Of a stretch of DNA of 64,000 bases, positions 29,769 through 41,090 are shown piece after piece. Source of the stretch: Candidatus Omnitrophota bacterium. Lineage in GTDB: Bacteria > Omnitrophota > Gorgyraeia > Gygaellales > Profunditerraquicolaceae. The position numbers and the translations under genes were made by a program. Location of the stretch: assembly GCA_049517335.1 (NCBI GenBank), contig JBEKSD010000003.1, positions 32,185-96,184 on the forward strand. Direction: 5' to 3'. Each line of letters begins with the position of its first letter. The stretch's first letter is position 1. Below the pieces are notes generated by a model, which saw only the letters and a program-made list of their open reading frames with translations, searched no databases and was not told the DNA's origin.

Positions 29769-30644
29769 ATGGATAGCTTAAGCCAACATTACGGCCGTAT
29801 ACGTAAAGCTCTCATAATAATCCTGGGGTTAAACTGGCTCGTAGCTCTAGTCAAAATTTTTTACGGATTGACTACCAGGTGCGAAAGTATGACTGCCGAT
29901 GGCTTTCATTCTCTTGCCGACGGCGCGTCTAACATTATCGGCTTAGTCGGGATACATTTCGCCTGCCAGCCTAAAGACTCAGACCACCCTTACGGGCATA
30001 AAAAATACGAGACATTCTTTGCGTTAGGTATTGCCGGTATGCTTTTTCTGGTTGCATTTAATCAGACTAAACAAGGAATAACCCACCTAACTCAACCCCA
30101 TAACCCCGTGGTTAACCTCAATAGCTTCATAGTTATACTTATCACCTTGGCGGTTAATTTTTGGGTAATGGATTATGAACGCAAACTAGGCATTAAGTTT
30201 AAAAGCGATATCCTCATCTCGGACGCAGCGCATACAAAGGCTGATATTTTCACTTCCCTCTCAGTAATCTGCGTCCTTATCGTAATAAAACTGGGTTATC
30301 CTATACTTGACCCCATTGTCACTATAATCATTTCCGTTTTTATCGCGTATGCCGGATATGAAATTATCAAAGAGAGCTCCAATGTCCTTTGTGATACGGC
30401 TGCGATATTAGACGTGAAAAGAATAAGCGATATCGTACTGGCTGTAAAGGGGGTGAAGACCTGCCATAAGATCCGCTCCCGCGGCCGGCCCGACGATGTG
30501 CATATTGATTTACATGTGCAGGTTAATCCCGATATGCACGTGGATAATGCTCATAAGATTAGTTTTGCTATTGAAGAGGCGATAAAGAAAGCTTTGCCTG
30601 AAGTGACGGATGTTATTGTCCATATAGAGCCTAAATATAACTAG
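29769..30644 (+). CDS. cation diffusion facilitator (CDF) family metal efflux transporter
   Basis: The motif HSLADGASN, six TMs and a C-terminal cytoplasmic domain. Confidence 0.8.
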   Translation: MDSLSQHYGRIRKALIIILGLNWLVALVKIFYGLTTRCESMTADGFHSLADGASNIIGLVGIHFACQPKDSDHPYGHKKYETFFALGIAGMLFLVAFNQTKQGITHLTQPHNPVVNLNSFIVILITLAVNFWVMDYERKLGIKFKSDILISDAAHTKADIFTSLSVICVLIVIKLGYPILDPIVTIIISVFIAYAGYEIIKESSNVLCDTAAILDVKRISDIVLAVKGVKTCHKIRSRGRPDDVHIDLHVQVNPDMHVDNAHKISFAIEEAIKKALPEVTDVIVHIEPKYN

Positions 30645-31783
30645 AGGCCAGAGAGGACAAAGAAAAATCCAATACTTGCGATTATACCCATAAAAGACCC
30701 GAAGTAAAATGCCGCCTGCGCGCCATACACCTTCCAGAGTAGTCCTGCCAATATAGAAGCCGGCAACAACCCTATTCCTACTAGCGTCGCATGCAGGCCA
30801 ATTGCTGTTGCGCGTAAGTTTGGGGGAGCAATATCCGTAACTAATGCCTTTTCTACCCCCTCGGTAAAACCTATATATAAACCGTAGAAGCCGAAAAGAA
30901 ACCAGAAATTACTTAACGAGCCGTTGCGCGCGAAACCAAAATAAACTAACCCATAGAATAAATACCCTAAAACCAGAATCTTCTTTCTTCCTATTTTATC
31001 CGATAAATGCGCAGCTGGATAAGATGCTAAAGCATATATTAAGTTATAAACTAAATAATAAAGAATCACCAATGGAAGAGACGCGCCTAAAGTTTTAGCC
31101 CGGAGCAATAAAAATTGGTTTGATGAATTGCCTAAAGTAAATATGAAAGTAAAAATCAGGAAAAACTTAAGCCTCTTATCCAGGGAATGCCAATTAAATC
31201 TGATTTTCTCATGCTGGGTCCCTACTTCCCTTTTTTTCTCTTTGACAAAAAACAAAAATATTACCCCCAAAAGAGCTGGAAGCAACGAGAGAAGGAATAT
31301 ATTCTTAAAATCCCCTTTGTAACGCGTGATTAAAAAATAGGCTAAGGTTACTCCGATAGCAGCACCAACAGTATCCATAGTCCTATGCAGACCGAAAGCT
31401 GCCCCTGACCTGCCTACCTTTGCGCTTTCGGCGATCAACGCATCACGCGGAGCAGTGCGGATGCCTTTCCCAAAACGGTCTACTACCCGACTAAATAAAA
31501 CCAAACCCCAACTGGAAGAAATATACAAAAAGAATTTTCCTATCGCAGAGCTAAAATACCCCAATATCGTAAAAGGCCTTCTGCGCCTAATTTTATCTGA
31601 AAAATACCCTGAGAAAACTTTTAGCAGGCTTGCGTTACTTTCCGCTATTCCTTCGATTAACCCCAATATGGCCGGGCTTGCGCCCAGCACGGTAACAATA
31701 TAAACAGGTAAAAGAGGATATATCATTTCACTAGAAATATCGGTCAATAAACTGGTAATCCCCAATATGATAATATTAAACAT
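30641..31783 (-). CDS. MFS transporter
   Basis: 380 aa with ~12 TMs. An MFS-like loop motif (GRSGAAFG) is present. Confidence 0.6.
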   Translation of the reverse strand: MFNIIILGITSLLTDISSEMIYPLLPVYIVTVLGASPAILGLIEGIAESNASLLKVFSGYFSDKIRRRRPFTILGYFSSAIGKFFLYISSSWGLVLFSRVVDRFGKGIRTAPRDALIAESAKVGRSGAAFGLHRTMDTVGAAIGVTLAYFLITRYKGDFKNIFLLSLLPALLGVIFLFFVKEKKREVGTQHEKIRFNWHSLDKRLKFFLIFTFIFTLGNSSNQFLLLRAKTLGASLPLVILYYLVYNLIYALASYPAAHLSDKIGRKKILVLGYLFYGLVYFGFARNGSLSNFWFLFGFYGLYIGFTEGVEKALVTDIAPPNLRATAIGLHATLVGIGLLPASILAGLLWKVYGAQAAFYFGSFMGIIASIGFFFVLSGL

Positions 31784-31786
31784 AGG

Positions 31787-33304
31787 TTATCTTCGTCCTT
31801 TTCGGAAAAATTGAGGTATTATTCCAACTAATACCATTATCAGGCAGATTAAAACAAAAATATCTCCAAAACGTGTATAAAATGCAGGTTTTGCCTGCAA
31901 GATATTAACCTCTCCGGTATCAAGCCCGTCAACAAATAAAGCTCTTCCTGATTTATCCTTAACCAAAGAAATAATCTTGCCGGTCGGTGAGATAAAACCG
32001 GAGACACCGGTATTGGCTGCCCGGGCTAAATAAACGCGGTTTTCCACTGCCCGAAAAACCGAGGCCTGTAAATGCTGCCAAGGTGCTGAGCTTTCTTTAT
32101 ACCAGGCGTCATTGGTGATGTTTACGAGGAAACCCGCCCCTCTTTTCACAAATTTCCGGGCCAACTCCGGAAAAACATCCTCAAAACAATCAAGGACGGC
32201 AAAGCCTGAAGGGAAAATAGTATACTCTCTGCCTCTCTGGATATCTCCGATAGGCACGATTGTCTCTAAAAAAGGAAAGGTATTTTTTAATGGAATGTAC
32301 TCACCAAAGGGGACCCGGTGCAGTTTATCGTAACGGCCGACAATTATCCCGGCAGTATCAATCAGCAATGCGCTGCCAAAGTAATTTCCCCTGTCTTTAA
32401 CTACCGCTCCGGCGAGTAATGGGATTTTCATTTCTTTGGCCAAAGAAAAAATTTCTTTATATACCCAATCGTCTTCGCCTAATATTCCGGGGACGGCTGC
32501 TTCCGGCCAAATAATCATCTGTGGATTCTCCTTAGCCGCTAACCGAGAAAGCTTTAAATATTTTTCCAGTACAAATTCACTGTATCGCTCGTCCCATTTC
32601 AACTCCTGCGGGATATTACCCTGAATCACAGAAATCTTCATCCGAGTTCCCTGCCTGCCAATAGGCAGGCGTATTCCGTTAATCCTGTAATAACCGTAGC
32701 CTAAAGTTAAAATTAGGACCGAGATTAAAAAAATAATAATCCTCTTTAATCTGAGCCTAAGTTTATTTCTTATTGCCCAGATTATTTCCACAATTCCCAC
32801 ATTGACCAGCATAACTAAAAAAGAAATGCCCCAAACTCCAGTGATATCCGCGACTTGGATTACGGGAAGATTAAGGTATTGAGAGTAGCCTAAAAGGGCC
32901 CAAGGGAATCCCGTAAAAAAGTGCCCCCGGACGTATTCCAGCAAAACCCAGACTGAAGGGATAAATATCAGAACGTAAGGCGTAGAATGTTTGGTGCAGG
33001 CTCGGATAATCAGGCCGAATATTGCAAAGTATAAAGCCAAATATAGAATCAGGACAATTGTTCCGACTAAAGTAACATGGGCCAGCCAATAAATAATCCC
33101 CGACCAGAAAATTATCCCGGTAATAAAAAACAAAAAGAAGGCATCTTTGCGGGATTTATCCTTTAGTGCAAAAAATACCGGCACAAACCCAAACCAAGCA
33201 AATAGCCAGATATTAAAATTAGGAAAAGATAAAATAAGTAATCCTGCGGACAATAAACAAAGAGGTAATCCTTTTGTGATATGCGAAGTTATCTTCCGCA
33301 GCAT
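31787..33304 (-). CDS. lnt: apolipoprotein N-acyltransferase
   Basis: An N-terminal multi-TM region is followed by a CN-hydrolase domain (WPEAAVPG..., ...[12 protein letters not shown]). The protein is 505 aa. Confidence 0.8.
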   Translation of the reverse strand: MLRKITSHITKGLPLCLLSAGLLILSFPNFNIWLFAWFGFVPVFFALKDKSRKDAFFLFFITGIIFWSGIIYWLAHVTLVGTIVLILYLALYFAIFGLIIRACTKHSTPYVLIFIPSVWVLLEYVRGHFFTGFPWALLGYSQYLNLPVIQVADITGVWGISFLVMLVNVGIVEIIWAIRNKLRLRLKRIIIFLISVLILTLGYGYYRINGIRLPIGRQGTRMKISVIQGNIPQELKWDERYSEFVLEKYLKLSRLAAKENPQMIIWPEAAVPGILGEDDWVYKEIFSLAKEMKIPLLAGAVVKDRGNYFGSALLIDTAGIIVGRYDKLHRVPFGEYIPLKNTFPFLETIVPIGDIQRGREYTIFPSGFAVLDCFEDVFPELARKFVKRGAGFLVNITNDAWYKESSAPWQHLQASVFRAVENRVYLARAANTGVSGFISPTGKIISLVKDKSGRALFVDGLDTGEVNILQAKPAFYTRFGDIFVLICLIMVLVGIIPQFFRKGRR

Positions 33305-36183
33305 TTTTTATATTTCTTGCCTGAACCGCAAGGACAGGGGTCATTACGGCCTACTTTGGGATGCGTTGATTGTATTGGCTTTTGAGCTGGCTGTTGCTCC
33401 GGTTGTTGTGCGGCAGCATCTAACGCGGATAGTTCGGGATGGGTTAATTCCTGCCTTTCTTCACTAAATACCCCTTTAAAATGGGCTGTTCCTGCCGGCT
33501 GGAGCTTAAATAGCGTTTCGACAGCCTCTTCTTCAATCGAAGAAATCATCTGATTGAACATAAGGAAACCTTCGCGTTTATATTCTATTAAGGGATCCCG
33601 CTGACCATAAGCGCGTAAGCCAATGCCTTCGCGGAGGCTGTCCATGGCGTAAAGATGGTCCTTCCATTTGGAGTCTATTATCTGCAGAAAGACCATGCGC
33701 TCCAAATGGCGCATCAAATCAAGCCCGACAGAATTCTCTTTCTTTTCATAAGCAGTAAGTGCAATTTCATAAAGGCTGTCTTTCAATTGCTCCTTATGCA
33801 AATCTTCCATCTTCTTATCTTCTATATCAAGCCCGAACTTCAATTTCATTATATTGATTAAACCGGGAAGATCCGGTTCATGCGCGCTTCCCATATAGGT
33901 TTCAACTATACCGTCAATTGAACCCCGAAGCATATCCAGCATATTTTCTTTTAAATTCGCCCCCTCAAGCGTCTGTTTACGCTGGCTGTAAATTATCTCT
34001 CTCTGTTTATTCATGACGTTGTCGTAATCAAGGAGCTGTTTCCTAATCTCGAAGTTATGCTGCTCAACCCTCCTCTGGGCAATTTCAATGGAACCGGCAA
34101 CCCAGGGGTGTTCAATTACCTGCCCCTTCTCTAAGCCCAATTTTTCCATAAGGCCGATAAGCCTCTCGGAGCCGAATAAACGCATAAGGTCGTCTTCAAG
34201 CGCAACGTAAAATCTGGATGAACCTGGGTCTCCTTGCCTACCGGAACGGCCGCGCAGCTGATTATCAATACGCCTTGATTCATGACGCTCAGTCCCCAAA
34301 ACATGCAAACCGCCGAGGCTTACAACTTTTTCATGTTCTTCGGCTGTCTCTTTTTTATATTTCTCGAGTAATTTCTTGTATTCTTCCTGATAATCAGGAT
34401 GGTCAGCTTTTAACTTCTGCTTGATTACGTTCTTAGCCATAAACTCAGGGTTACCGCCTAAAAGTATATCGGTTCCCCGGCCGGCCATATTAGTTGCAAT
34501 AGTCACGCCCTTGAACCTGCCTGCCTGCGCGACAATTTGAGCTTCCATTTCATGGTATTTTGCGTTTAAGACCTGATGCGTTATGCCGCGACGCTTAAGC
34601 ATTTCGGAAAGATACTCCGATTTATCTATAGTTATGGTCCCCACAAGAACGGGCCTTCCGGAATTATAAAGAGAACTTATTTCATCAACCACAGCATTGA
34701 ATTTTTCCTCTTCTGTCTTATAAACCCTGTCCGGGTAATTTGTCCGGATTAAATTCCTGTTCGTAGGTATCGTGATCACGTCAAGCTGGTAAATGCTTTT
34801 AAACTCATTGGCTTCGGTCGCTGCGGTTCCGGTCATACCGGCTAATTTTTCATACATGCGGAAATAATTCTGGAAGGTAATGGTGGCCAGCGTCTGGTTT
34901 TCCCGCTCAATTTTTAAACCTTCTTTTGATTCCACCGCCTGATGCAGGCCGTCCGACCAGCGCCTGCCCGGCATCATGCGCCCGGTGAATTCATCTACGA
35001 TAATCACCTGCCCGTCTTTTACGACGTAATCCACATCACGCTCGAAAAACTCCTTGGCCCTTAATGCCTGTATAGTGTGGTGCCTGTATTCAATAGTCTC
35101 AATGCTGTGCAGGCTCTCCACTCCCCAGAGGCGCGCTGCTTTCATCTCTCCGTTTTCAGTCATGGCCACCGTCTGGGCCTTTTCATCGGCAAGATAATCG
35201 AACCCCTGGGATAAATCTATGCCTTTATATTTTGCGTTAATTTCGTCTTTTTCGGTAACGCGCCTGCCTTTAAGCTGCCCGGCTATGGTGTTTGCAGTAT
35301 AATATTTATCGGTTGATTCTTCTGCCGGGCCGGAGATGATCAAGGGTGTACGCGCCTCATCAACCAGGATGGAATCAACTTCATCTACTATCGCATAATA
35401 AAACGGCCTCTGTACAAGGTCGCCTAAATTATATTTCATATTATCGCGCAGGTAATCAAAACCAAATTCGTTGTTGGTCCCGTAGGTTATATCGCAGGCA
35501 TATTCGGTTTTCCTTTCTTCATCTGGCATATCATGCTGGATTACCCCGATAGAAAGACCTAAGAATTCATAAACAGGCCCCATCCACTCTGCGTCACGCC
35601 TCGCTAGGTAATCATTAACGGTGACTACATGTACGCCTTTGCCAAACAGCGCATTTAAATACGCGGGCAGGGTCGCCACAAGGGTCTTTCCTTCACCTGT
35701 GGCCATTTCACAGATGCCTCCTTGATGGAGGATTATCCCGCCGGCAATCTGCACGTCAAAATGGCGCAGTCCTATTGTGCGGCTTGCCGCCTCCCTTACC
35801 ACGGCAAACGCTTCAGGCAGAATATCCTCAAAAATTTTATTTCTTGTATTTTTGAGTTTTTCTTTTATTTTTTCCTTTTCTTCGGGGATGGCCACCGAAG
35901 ACATCTGTTCTTCCAGGTTCGCTATCTCCTGCTGGTAAATTTCGGATTGTTTCCTGATATGCTCCCTAAACTCTAGTGACTTTGCCTTTAATTGCGCATC
36001 GCTTAAGGCACTGACCTTCTCTTCCCAAGAATTTACCGCGGCGACAATCCCGGCTACCACAACCATTTTATTCATTGAAGGACTGGGCATTTCCGGATGC
36101 AATACTATTTTCACTCCGGGGTAACGCCTGGTAATCGCATTCTGCTTGTTTTTTAGAATAACCTGTTTTATTAATTTAAGCAT
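33289..36183 (-). CDS. secA: preprotein translocase ATPase SecA
   Basis: 964 aa with DEAD-like motor motifs ([25 protein letters not shown]) and a C-terminal zinc motif ([14 protein letters not shown]). Confidence 0.95.
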   Translation of the reverse strand: MLKLIKQVILKNKQNAITRRYPGVKIVLHPEMPSPSMNKMVVVAGIVAAVNSWEEKVSALSDAQLKAKSLEFREHIRKQSEIYQQEIANLEEQMSSVAIPEEKEKIKEKLKNTRNKIFEDILPEAFAVVREAASRTIGLRHFDVQIAGGIILHQGGICEMATGEGKTLVATLPAYLNALFGKGVHVVTVNDYLARRDAEWMGPVYEFLGLSIGVIQHDMPDEERKTEYACDITYGTNNEFGFDYLRDNMKYNLGDLVQRPFYYAIVDEVDSILVDEARTPLIISGPAEESTDKYYTANTIAGQLKGRRVTEKDEINAKYKGIDLSQGFDYLADEKAQTVAMTENGEMKAARLWGVESLHSIETIEYRHHTIQALRAKEFFERDVDYVVKDGQVIIVDEFTGRMMPGRRWSDGLHQAVESKEGLKIERENQTLATITFQNYFRMYEKLAGMTGTAATEANEFKSIYQLDVITIPTNRNLIRTNYPDRVYKTEEEKFNAVVDEISSLYNSGRPVLVGTITIDKSEYLSEMLKRRGITHQVLNAKYHEMEAQIVAQAGRFKGVTIATNMAGRGTDILLGGNPEFMAKNVIKQKLKADHPDYQEEYKKLLEKYKKETAEEHEKVVSLGGLHVLGTERHESRRIDNQLRGRSGRQGDPGSSRFYVALEDDLMRLFGSERLIGLMEKLGLEKGQVIEHPWVAGSIEIAQRRVEQHNFEIRKQLLDYDNVMNKQREIIYSQRKQTLEGANLKENMLDMLRGSIDGIVETYMGSAHEPDLPGLINIMKLKFGLDIEDKKMEDLHKEQLKDSLYEIALTAYEKKENSVGLDLMRHLERMVFLQIIDSKWKDHLYAMDSLREGIGLRAYGQRDPLIEYKREGFLMFNQMISSIEEEAVETLFKLQPAGTAHFKGVFSEERQELTHPELSALDAAAQQPEQQPAQKPIQSTHPKVGRNDPCPCGSGKKYKKCCGR

Positions 36184-37290
36184 CTTGGTTTGTCTTTTGT
36201 TTTTTTTAAGTACGCTTCAATGAATTTATCCAGCCCGCCGTCCATAATTGAGGCAACGTCCCCCGTTTCATAACCACTGCGATGGTCTTTGACCATACTG
36301 TAAGGATGCATTACGTAAGAACGTATCTGGCTGCCGAATTCAATTTTCTTTTTCTCGCCACCCCCAAACTGCTCCTGCAGCTGGCGTTCTTTTTTCTTCC
36401 TTTCAAATTCAAAAAGGCGCGCCTTTAGTATCTTCAAGGCCATCTGCTTATTTTGGTATTGCGAGCGCTCATTCTGGCATTGGGCTACGATACCCGAAGG
36501 GATATGCGTAATACGCACTGCCGAATCTGTCGTGTTTACGCTCTGGCCGCCTGCGCCTTTTGAGCGGTAAACGTCAATGCGCAGCTGTGTTTCATCTATC
36601 TTTATCTCCGCATCTTCTTCTATTTCCGGAATAACGTCCACCGAGGCAAAAGAAGTATGCCTGCGTTTATTGGCGTCAAACGGCGAAATACGCACCAGGC
36701 GGTGTACTCCCCGCTCCGCTTTCAAATAACCATAGGCATATTCGCCCTCAATTATAGCCGTTACGTTCTTAATACCGGCTTCTTCGCCAAAGAGTATATC
36801 CGTGGTCTTAAAGATATAGTCGTGCTTTTCGGCAAAACGCGTATACATACGCAGGAGCATACTCACCCAGTCGCATGATTCCGTGCCTCCGGCGCCGGCA
36901 TTGATGCTGAGAATAGCACCCGCGGAATCAAACGGAGCACCGAGGAGAGTTTTAAACTCTAATTTCTCGAGTTCTCCGGAAAGCGCTTCAATATTCCGCG
37001 CCAGCTCTAAGATTAACCCTGAATCCTCATTCTGGAGTATTTCGGCAAGCTCTTTTAATTCCTGAAGTTTTTTTGAAATCAATTCCCACGGCTCGACACT
37101 GGTTTTAAGGTTCTTTAATTCTTTTACTATCCTAGTTGACCTCTCCGGATTATCCCAAAAACCTTCACTTGACATTGACTGAGTTAGTTCATTAATCAGC
37201 CTCTTCTTTTTATCAATGTCAAAGATAACCTCTGAGGTTGGCGAGCTTAACCTCTAATGTGTTTATTTTGCCCTTAATATCTTCAAACAT
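36171..37290 (-). CDS. prfB: peptide chain release factor 2 with a programmed +1 ribosomal frameshift (frame 0 from 37290 to 37219, then the +1 frame from 37220)
   Basis: The ORF-track ORF carries the SPF and GGQ motifs. Manual translation upstream gives [23 protein letters not shown] followed by TGA. The shift site is AGAGGUUAUCUUUGAC, matching the canonical AGGGGGUAUCUUUGAC. Confidence 0.9.
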
Positions 37291-37308
37291 CTCACGCCTT
37301 CCCTTATT

Positions 37309-38382
37309 TTAAGCTTTCCTTATCCCTTTTAAAGCCAATATGAACTCATCCCGGTTATCCGAGAAAGTTATGGCATCTTCTTCTTTAATCCTGCCTTCTT
37401 TGACCAGCTTAACCAGCGCCTGATTAAATGACTGCATCCCAAACACCTCTCCGTCTTCAATAAACTGAGGTATATCCCAGATTTTCCCTTCCCTGATTAA
37501 GCGGCTGATGGTCGGCGTAAGGAGCATAATTTCGCAAGCCGGGATGCGTTTTGTTCCGTCAAAAGAGGGAACGAGGCGTAAGGATATTACGCCTTTTAAA
37601 AGAGTAGATAACTCGTTACGGATTTCATGGTGTTGGTGAGGCTGGAAAAAGTTTACAATTCTTTCCACGCTTTTAGAAGCATTCACCGTATGTAGGGTGC
37701 TTAAGACCAGCACCCCCGTATCAGCGGCGGTAATAGCCGCGGACATTGTTTCAATATCCCTGATATTACTGATAAAGAGGACATCCGGGCTTTGTAAAGT
37801 AAAAGCCCTTAAAGCCGCTCCGTATGTGGAAACGTCCAGCTCCAGCTCCCGCTGGTTTACAACCGAACTCTTGTCTCTAAAGGTAAATTCAATGGGTTCC
37901 TCAATGGTGAGGATGTGTTTCTTACAGTTAGTATTGATATATTCAATCATGCTCGCGATAGTCGTAGACTTACCGCTGCCCATTGAGCCGGTCAAAAGCA
38001 CCAGCCCTCTTGTTTCAAGCGATAATCTTTTTAATGTTTCCGCAGGTAGGTTTAAATCCTCAAAGGTCTGGACTTCGCTGCGCACATTCCTGATGACCAT
38101 CGAAGGCCAGTTCCTTTGCCTGAAGATACTTACGCGGAACCTGTGGTTCACCTCTTCAACATAAACCGCGAAATCAACATCAAGATTATCCTTAAAAGTC
38201 TCCCTCTGTTTAGGCGTGGTTAATTCTTCAACCGCCTCCATAATGTCATCTACGCTTAAAATAATATCATCAACCGGGATAACTTTTCCGGCAAGCCTCA
38301 AATATGCAGACCCGCCTGCGCGGTAAAATAAATCCGAGGCATTCTGGTCTACCATCTGTTTTAATAATTTCTTTATGCTCAT
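37309..38382 (-). CDS. pilT: type IV pilus retraction ATPase PilT (PilT/PilU family)
   Basis: Walker A (GSMGSGKSTT), the PilT N-terminus (QNASDLF) and the 357 aa length. Confidence 0.8.
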   Translation of the reverse strand: MSIKKLLKQMVDQNASDLFYRAGGSAYLRLAGKVIPVDDIILSVDDIMEAVEELTTPKQRETFKDNLDVDFAVYVEEVNHRFRVSIFRQRNWPSMVIRNVRSEVQTFEDLNLPAETLKRLSLETRGLVLLTGSMGSGKSTTIASMIEYINTNCKKHILTIEEPIEFTFRDKSSVVNQRELELDVSTYGAALRAFTLQSPDVLFISNIRDIETMSAAITAADTGVLVLSTLHTVNASKSVERIVNFFQPHQHHEIRNELSTLLKGVISLRLVPSFDGTKRIPACEIMLLTPTISRLIREGKIWDIPQFIEDGEVFGMQSFNQALVKLVKEGRIKEEDAITFSDNRDEFILALKGIRKA

Positions 38383-38402
38383 AGCTTATGCCCTCGCCTT
38401 CA

Positions 38403-39896
38403 TTATACCACTTTCTTGATTTTTGTAGTAGGATTAAATTCCATGTATTTGGCCAGCATTAAGCGGGTTTGCGCGTCGAGAGCAGGGGCTGAGCCAAGGA
38501 TGAGGATGACAAGCGGCACCAATGCCCACTCTAAAGTCATCACCACATTTTTAAACCAGCTTACGTGTTTGGGCCGCTCAGGCAGCGTTGTGCGGCTTAA
38601 AATTATCCAGGCCAGGCTTGAAGCAAGGGTGAAATTCAGCAACAGGCCGGTAATCTTAGGAAGGTTGTAGCTGATTGTCATCTGATTAAAGAAAGTACCC
38701 CCCAAAACTAAAGGTAAAGGAGCAGCGAGGAACAAGATATTCGCCCAAATCGCCCAGGTAACGTGGCTCTCGAGAAGCTGGAAAGAACGCCTTAACTTGG
38801 TTAAAAAAGGGATATCCCTGTTCCTTAAGAAGCCGTCGACAACAAAAGGAAAATTCTCCACCCCCCAGGCCCACCTTCTTTTCTGTTTATATTGCAGACT
38901 AATGGTCTTAAACAAATTGCTGGAATAAGCTACATCCATGGAAACAGTTATATATAAAGGCACTACCCGGTAATCGCCATTATAAAATAAAAACGCCTTC
39001 CAATAAATAACGGAATCATCCGAAACCATATCCACCGGCCAGTAATCAATATCGACAAGCGTTTTAAAACTCATGCTATGACTTGAAAAAGTAACAAACT
39101 TTTCTAGCCGCATGCTTTCTATCAGCTGGCAGAATGAACTGCTGATTTCAACGAGGCGGGCAAATGAAGGCGCTTCCCAGACATTATTATTGTAAACGGG
39201 CATGGGCTGGTAGCTTGCCTGATGAGGTTTCTCAGAAGTCAAAAAATGATAGGCAAGGCAACTGAAGTATTTTTTATCCACGCAGGTATCGGCGTCAAAA
39301 CAGGAAATAATCACCTTTTCATAGGGAATTTTTTTCTCATCAAGCAGTTCTTTGGCTTTTTTCGCCGCCCAAGTGGCGTTTGCGCCTTTGGTGCGCGACT
39401 CAAAAGGGATATTGTCCGGATGGAAGGTGGTCAAAAAGATAAAAAAATCTTTTTTAAACTCCCTTTCAAGCATAAGGGCATTTTCCCGCGCTTTAGGGTT
39501 GCGCTCTTCAAGGGCCAAAACCACGATCATCTTATCTTTAGGATAATCGCAGTTACGTAGGGCTTCAAACGAAGGCCTTAGGATCTCCAGGCCTTCCTTA
39601 TAAGATGGGAATATAACCAGATGATACGGCCCCGGGCAATCTTTACCCGCCGCTAGGCCTTTACACTCCCTAAGCCAGGCCCTGTTCTTTTGCTTTTGCA
39701 GCTTATGATGGGCAATTACTAAAAGCGTGGTCAGGTAGGTGGTACGTATAATCCAGTAAAAATCAAAAATGATTATGAGTACCGCGCAGATAACGGGATT
39801 AACGACCGCAAGTATCAAGAAAAAAAGGAGTATCCCCCAGGAAAGGGAGCCCGGCAATATTTCAAAGAACCTTCTTTTTTTATTCCGGCCGTTCAT
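38403..39896 (-). CDS. family-2 glycosyltransferase, processive synthase type (cellulose/chitin-synthase-like) with a multi-TM C-terminus
   Basis: The DxD motif is CFDADT. The QxxRW-like motif is QYKQKRRWAWG. There are N- and C-terminal TM segments. Confidence 0.6.
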   Translation of the reverse strand: MNGRNKKRRFFEILPGSLSWGILLFFLILAVVNPVICAVLIIIFDFYWIIRTTYLTTLLVIAHHKLQKQKNRAWLRECKGLAAGKDCPGPYHLVIFPSYKEGLEILRPSFEALRNCDYPKDKMIVVLALEERNPKARENALMLEREFKKDFFIFLTTFHPDNIPFESRTKGANATWAAKKAKELLDEKKIPYEKVIISCFDADTCVDKKYFSCLAYHFLTSEKPHQASYQPMPVYNNNVWEAPSFARLVEISSSFCQLIESMRLEKFVTFSSHSMSFKTLVDIDYWPVDMVSDDSVIYWKAFLFYNGDYRVVPLYITVSMDVAYSSNLFKTISLQYKQKRRWAWGVENFPFVVDGFLRNRDIPFLTKLRRSFQLLESHVTWAIWANILFLAAPLPLVLGGTFFNQMTISYNLPKITGLLLNFTLASSLAWIILSRTTLPERPKHVSWFKNVVMTLEWALVPLVILILGSAPALDAQTRLMLAKYMEFNPTTKIKKVV

Positions 39897-40827
39897 TTGT
39901 TTTTGTCCTCATCAGGTCCTGGAAAGGAAATGATTTTACGTTCAACTCAAGTTTGTAAACATTGTCGTAATAATTATCGTCCGCCGCCTTCTGCGTATCC
40001 AGGAAATAGAGTGCGTCTTTTGTTTCATCGTAAAAAACTTTCGTCTCCTTCTTGTTAAGCCTGACAAGTTCAATGGGTATTGTTTCGGCTTGGGCTTCCA
40101 AAACTTCAACTGTTTTCTCCGTAACCACCAGCATATGGTAACTGTCCGAATGCCAGAAAACATCAATTATTTTCCTGCCGCCAAGGTTTAAGACTATTGC
40201 TGAATCGGAAATTGATGAACCCTCTTCTAATTTTAAGCTGACTATTACTAGCTGAGAAGGATTAAAAAAAAGCAGCCTTTCTCTATTCGGAGAAAGTTTC
40301 CATTTTTTAGGCGCCGGGGTTATCTCAGGAAGCGAGCCGATATCCTGAAAATCTTCTCCCTCAAGGTCTGATTTATAGATTACATTTTCTTTTACGTCTA
40401 CGTAATAAATTTTCCCTCTCTCTTCATCCACCCAGAAAGTGGAAATCTTGTCCTTATTCAGCTTCTTCACATTAGGCCGCAGAGGAAAAAGAATAACCTT
40501 ATCAAACCTGCTCACGTGCCCCCCATAGACTTCCGTATCGCTTGACCAGGGATAGTGTTTTTCGAGTTCAATTTTAATATTATATTTTCCGGGAAGCAGC
40601 TCCTGAATGGTGGCAGGGGTCTTTTTATCCAGGAGGGTACCGTTAAGATAAACATCTGCGCCCGCAGGCTGGGTTTCTATGGCGATTATCCCCGTCTTGG
40701 TAAACTTTAATAAACGCATGTTAAATTTATAGCCAAGCGCGTAAGAAAGGATATAGGGCAGGCCGGCGAAAAACACAAGGACGCTCGCGTAAAAAAGGAC
40801 CGACCTTATTTTCTGTCCGCTAAACAC
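39880..40827 (-). CDS. membrane-anchored PEGA-domain protein
   Basis: An N-terminal TM is followed by ETQPAGADVYLNGTLLDKKTP...LPGKYNIKIE, which is a PEGA motif. It overlaps the GT2 gene by 17 nt. Confidence 0.55.
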   Translation of the reverse strand: MFSGQKIRSVLFYASVLVFFAGLPYILSYALGYKFNMRLLKFTKTGIIAIETQPAGADVYLNGTLLDKKTPATIQELLPGKYNIKIELEKHYPWSSDTEVYGGHVSRFDKVILFPLRPNVKKLNKDKISTFWVDEERGKIYYVDVKENVIYKSDLEGEDFQDIGSLPEITPAPKKWKLSPNRERLLFFNPSQLVIVSLKLEEGSSISDSAIVLNLGGRKIIDVFWHSDSYHMLVVTEKTVEVLEAQAETIPIELVRLNKKETKVFYDETKDALYFLDTQKAADDNYYDNVYKLELNVKSFPFQDLMRTKTNERPE

Positions 40828-41090
40828 TTCGCTATCTCCTTCTCCAGCTTAATAAGCATTTTCTTATTTTTTCTCCCTCCCGCATAGCCGCCTAGGCTTA
40901 AGTCGTTCTTAACTACGCGGTGGCAGGGGATAATCAAAGGATAGGGATTCTTCTTTAAGGCTCTGCCTACTGCCCGGTAGGCAGCCGGAAACCCTGCTTT
41001 TTGCGCAACCCATTTGTAACTGCGCACCTCGCCTAACGGTATTTTTGCAACAACCCTGTAAACCTTTTTAGTAAAAGTGGTCATCTTCAT
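40806..41090 (-). CDS. methylated-DNA-protein-cysteine methyltransferase DNA-binding/active-site domain protein (MGMT family)
   Basis: The PCHRVV active-site motif in a 94 aa protein. Confidence 0.75.
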   Translation of the reverse strand: MKMTTFTKKVYRVVAKIPLGEVRSYKWVAQKAGFPAAYRAVGRALKKNPYPLIIPCHRVVKNDLSLGGYAGGRKNKKMLIKLEKEIAKCLADRK

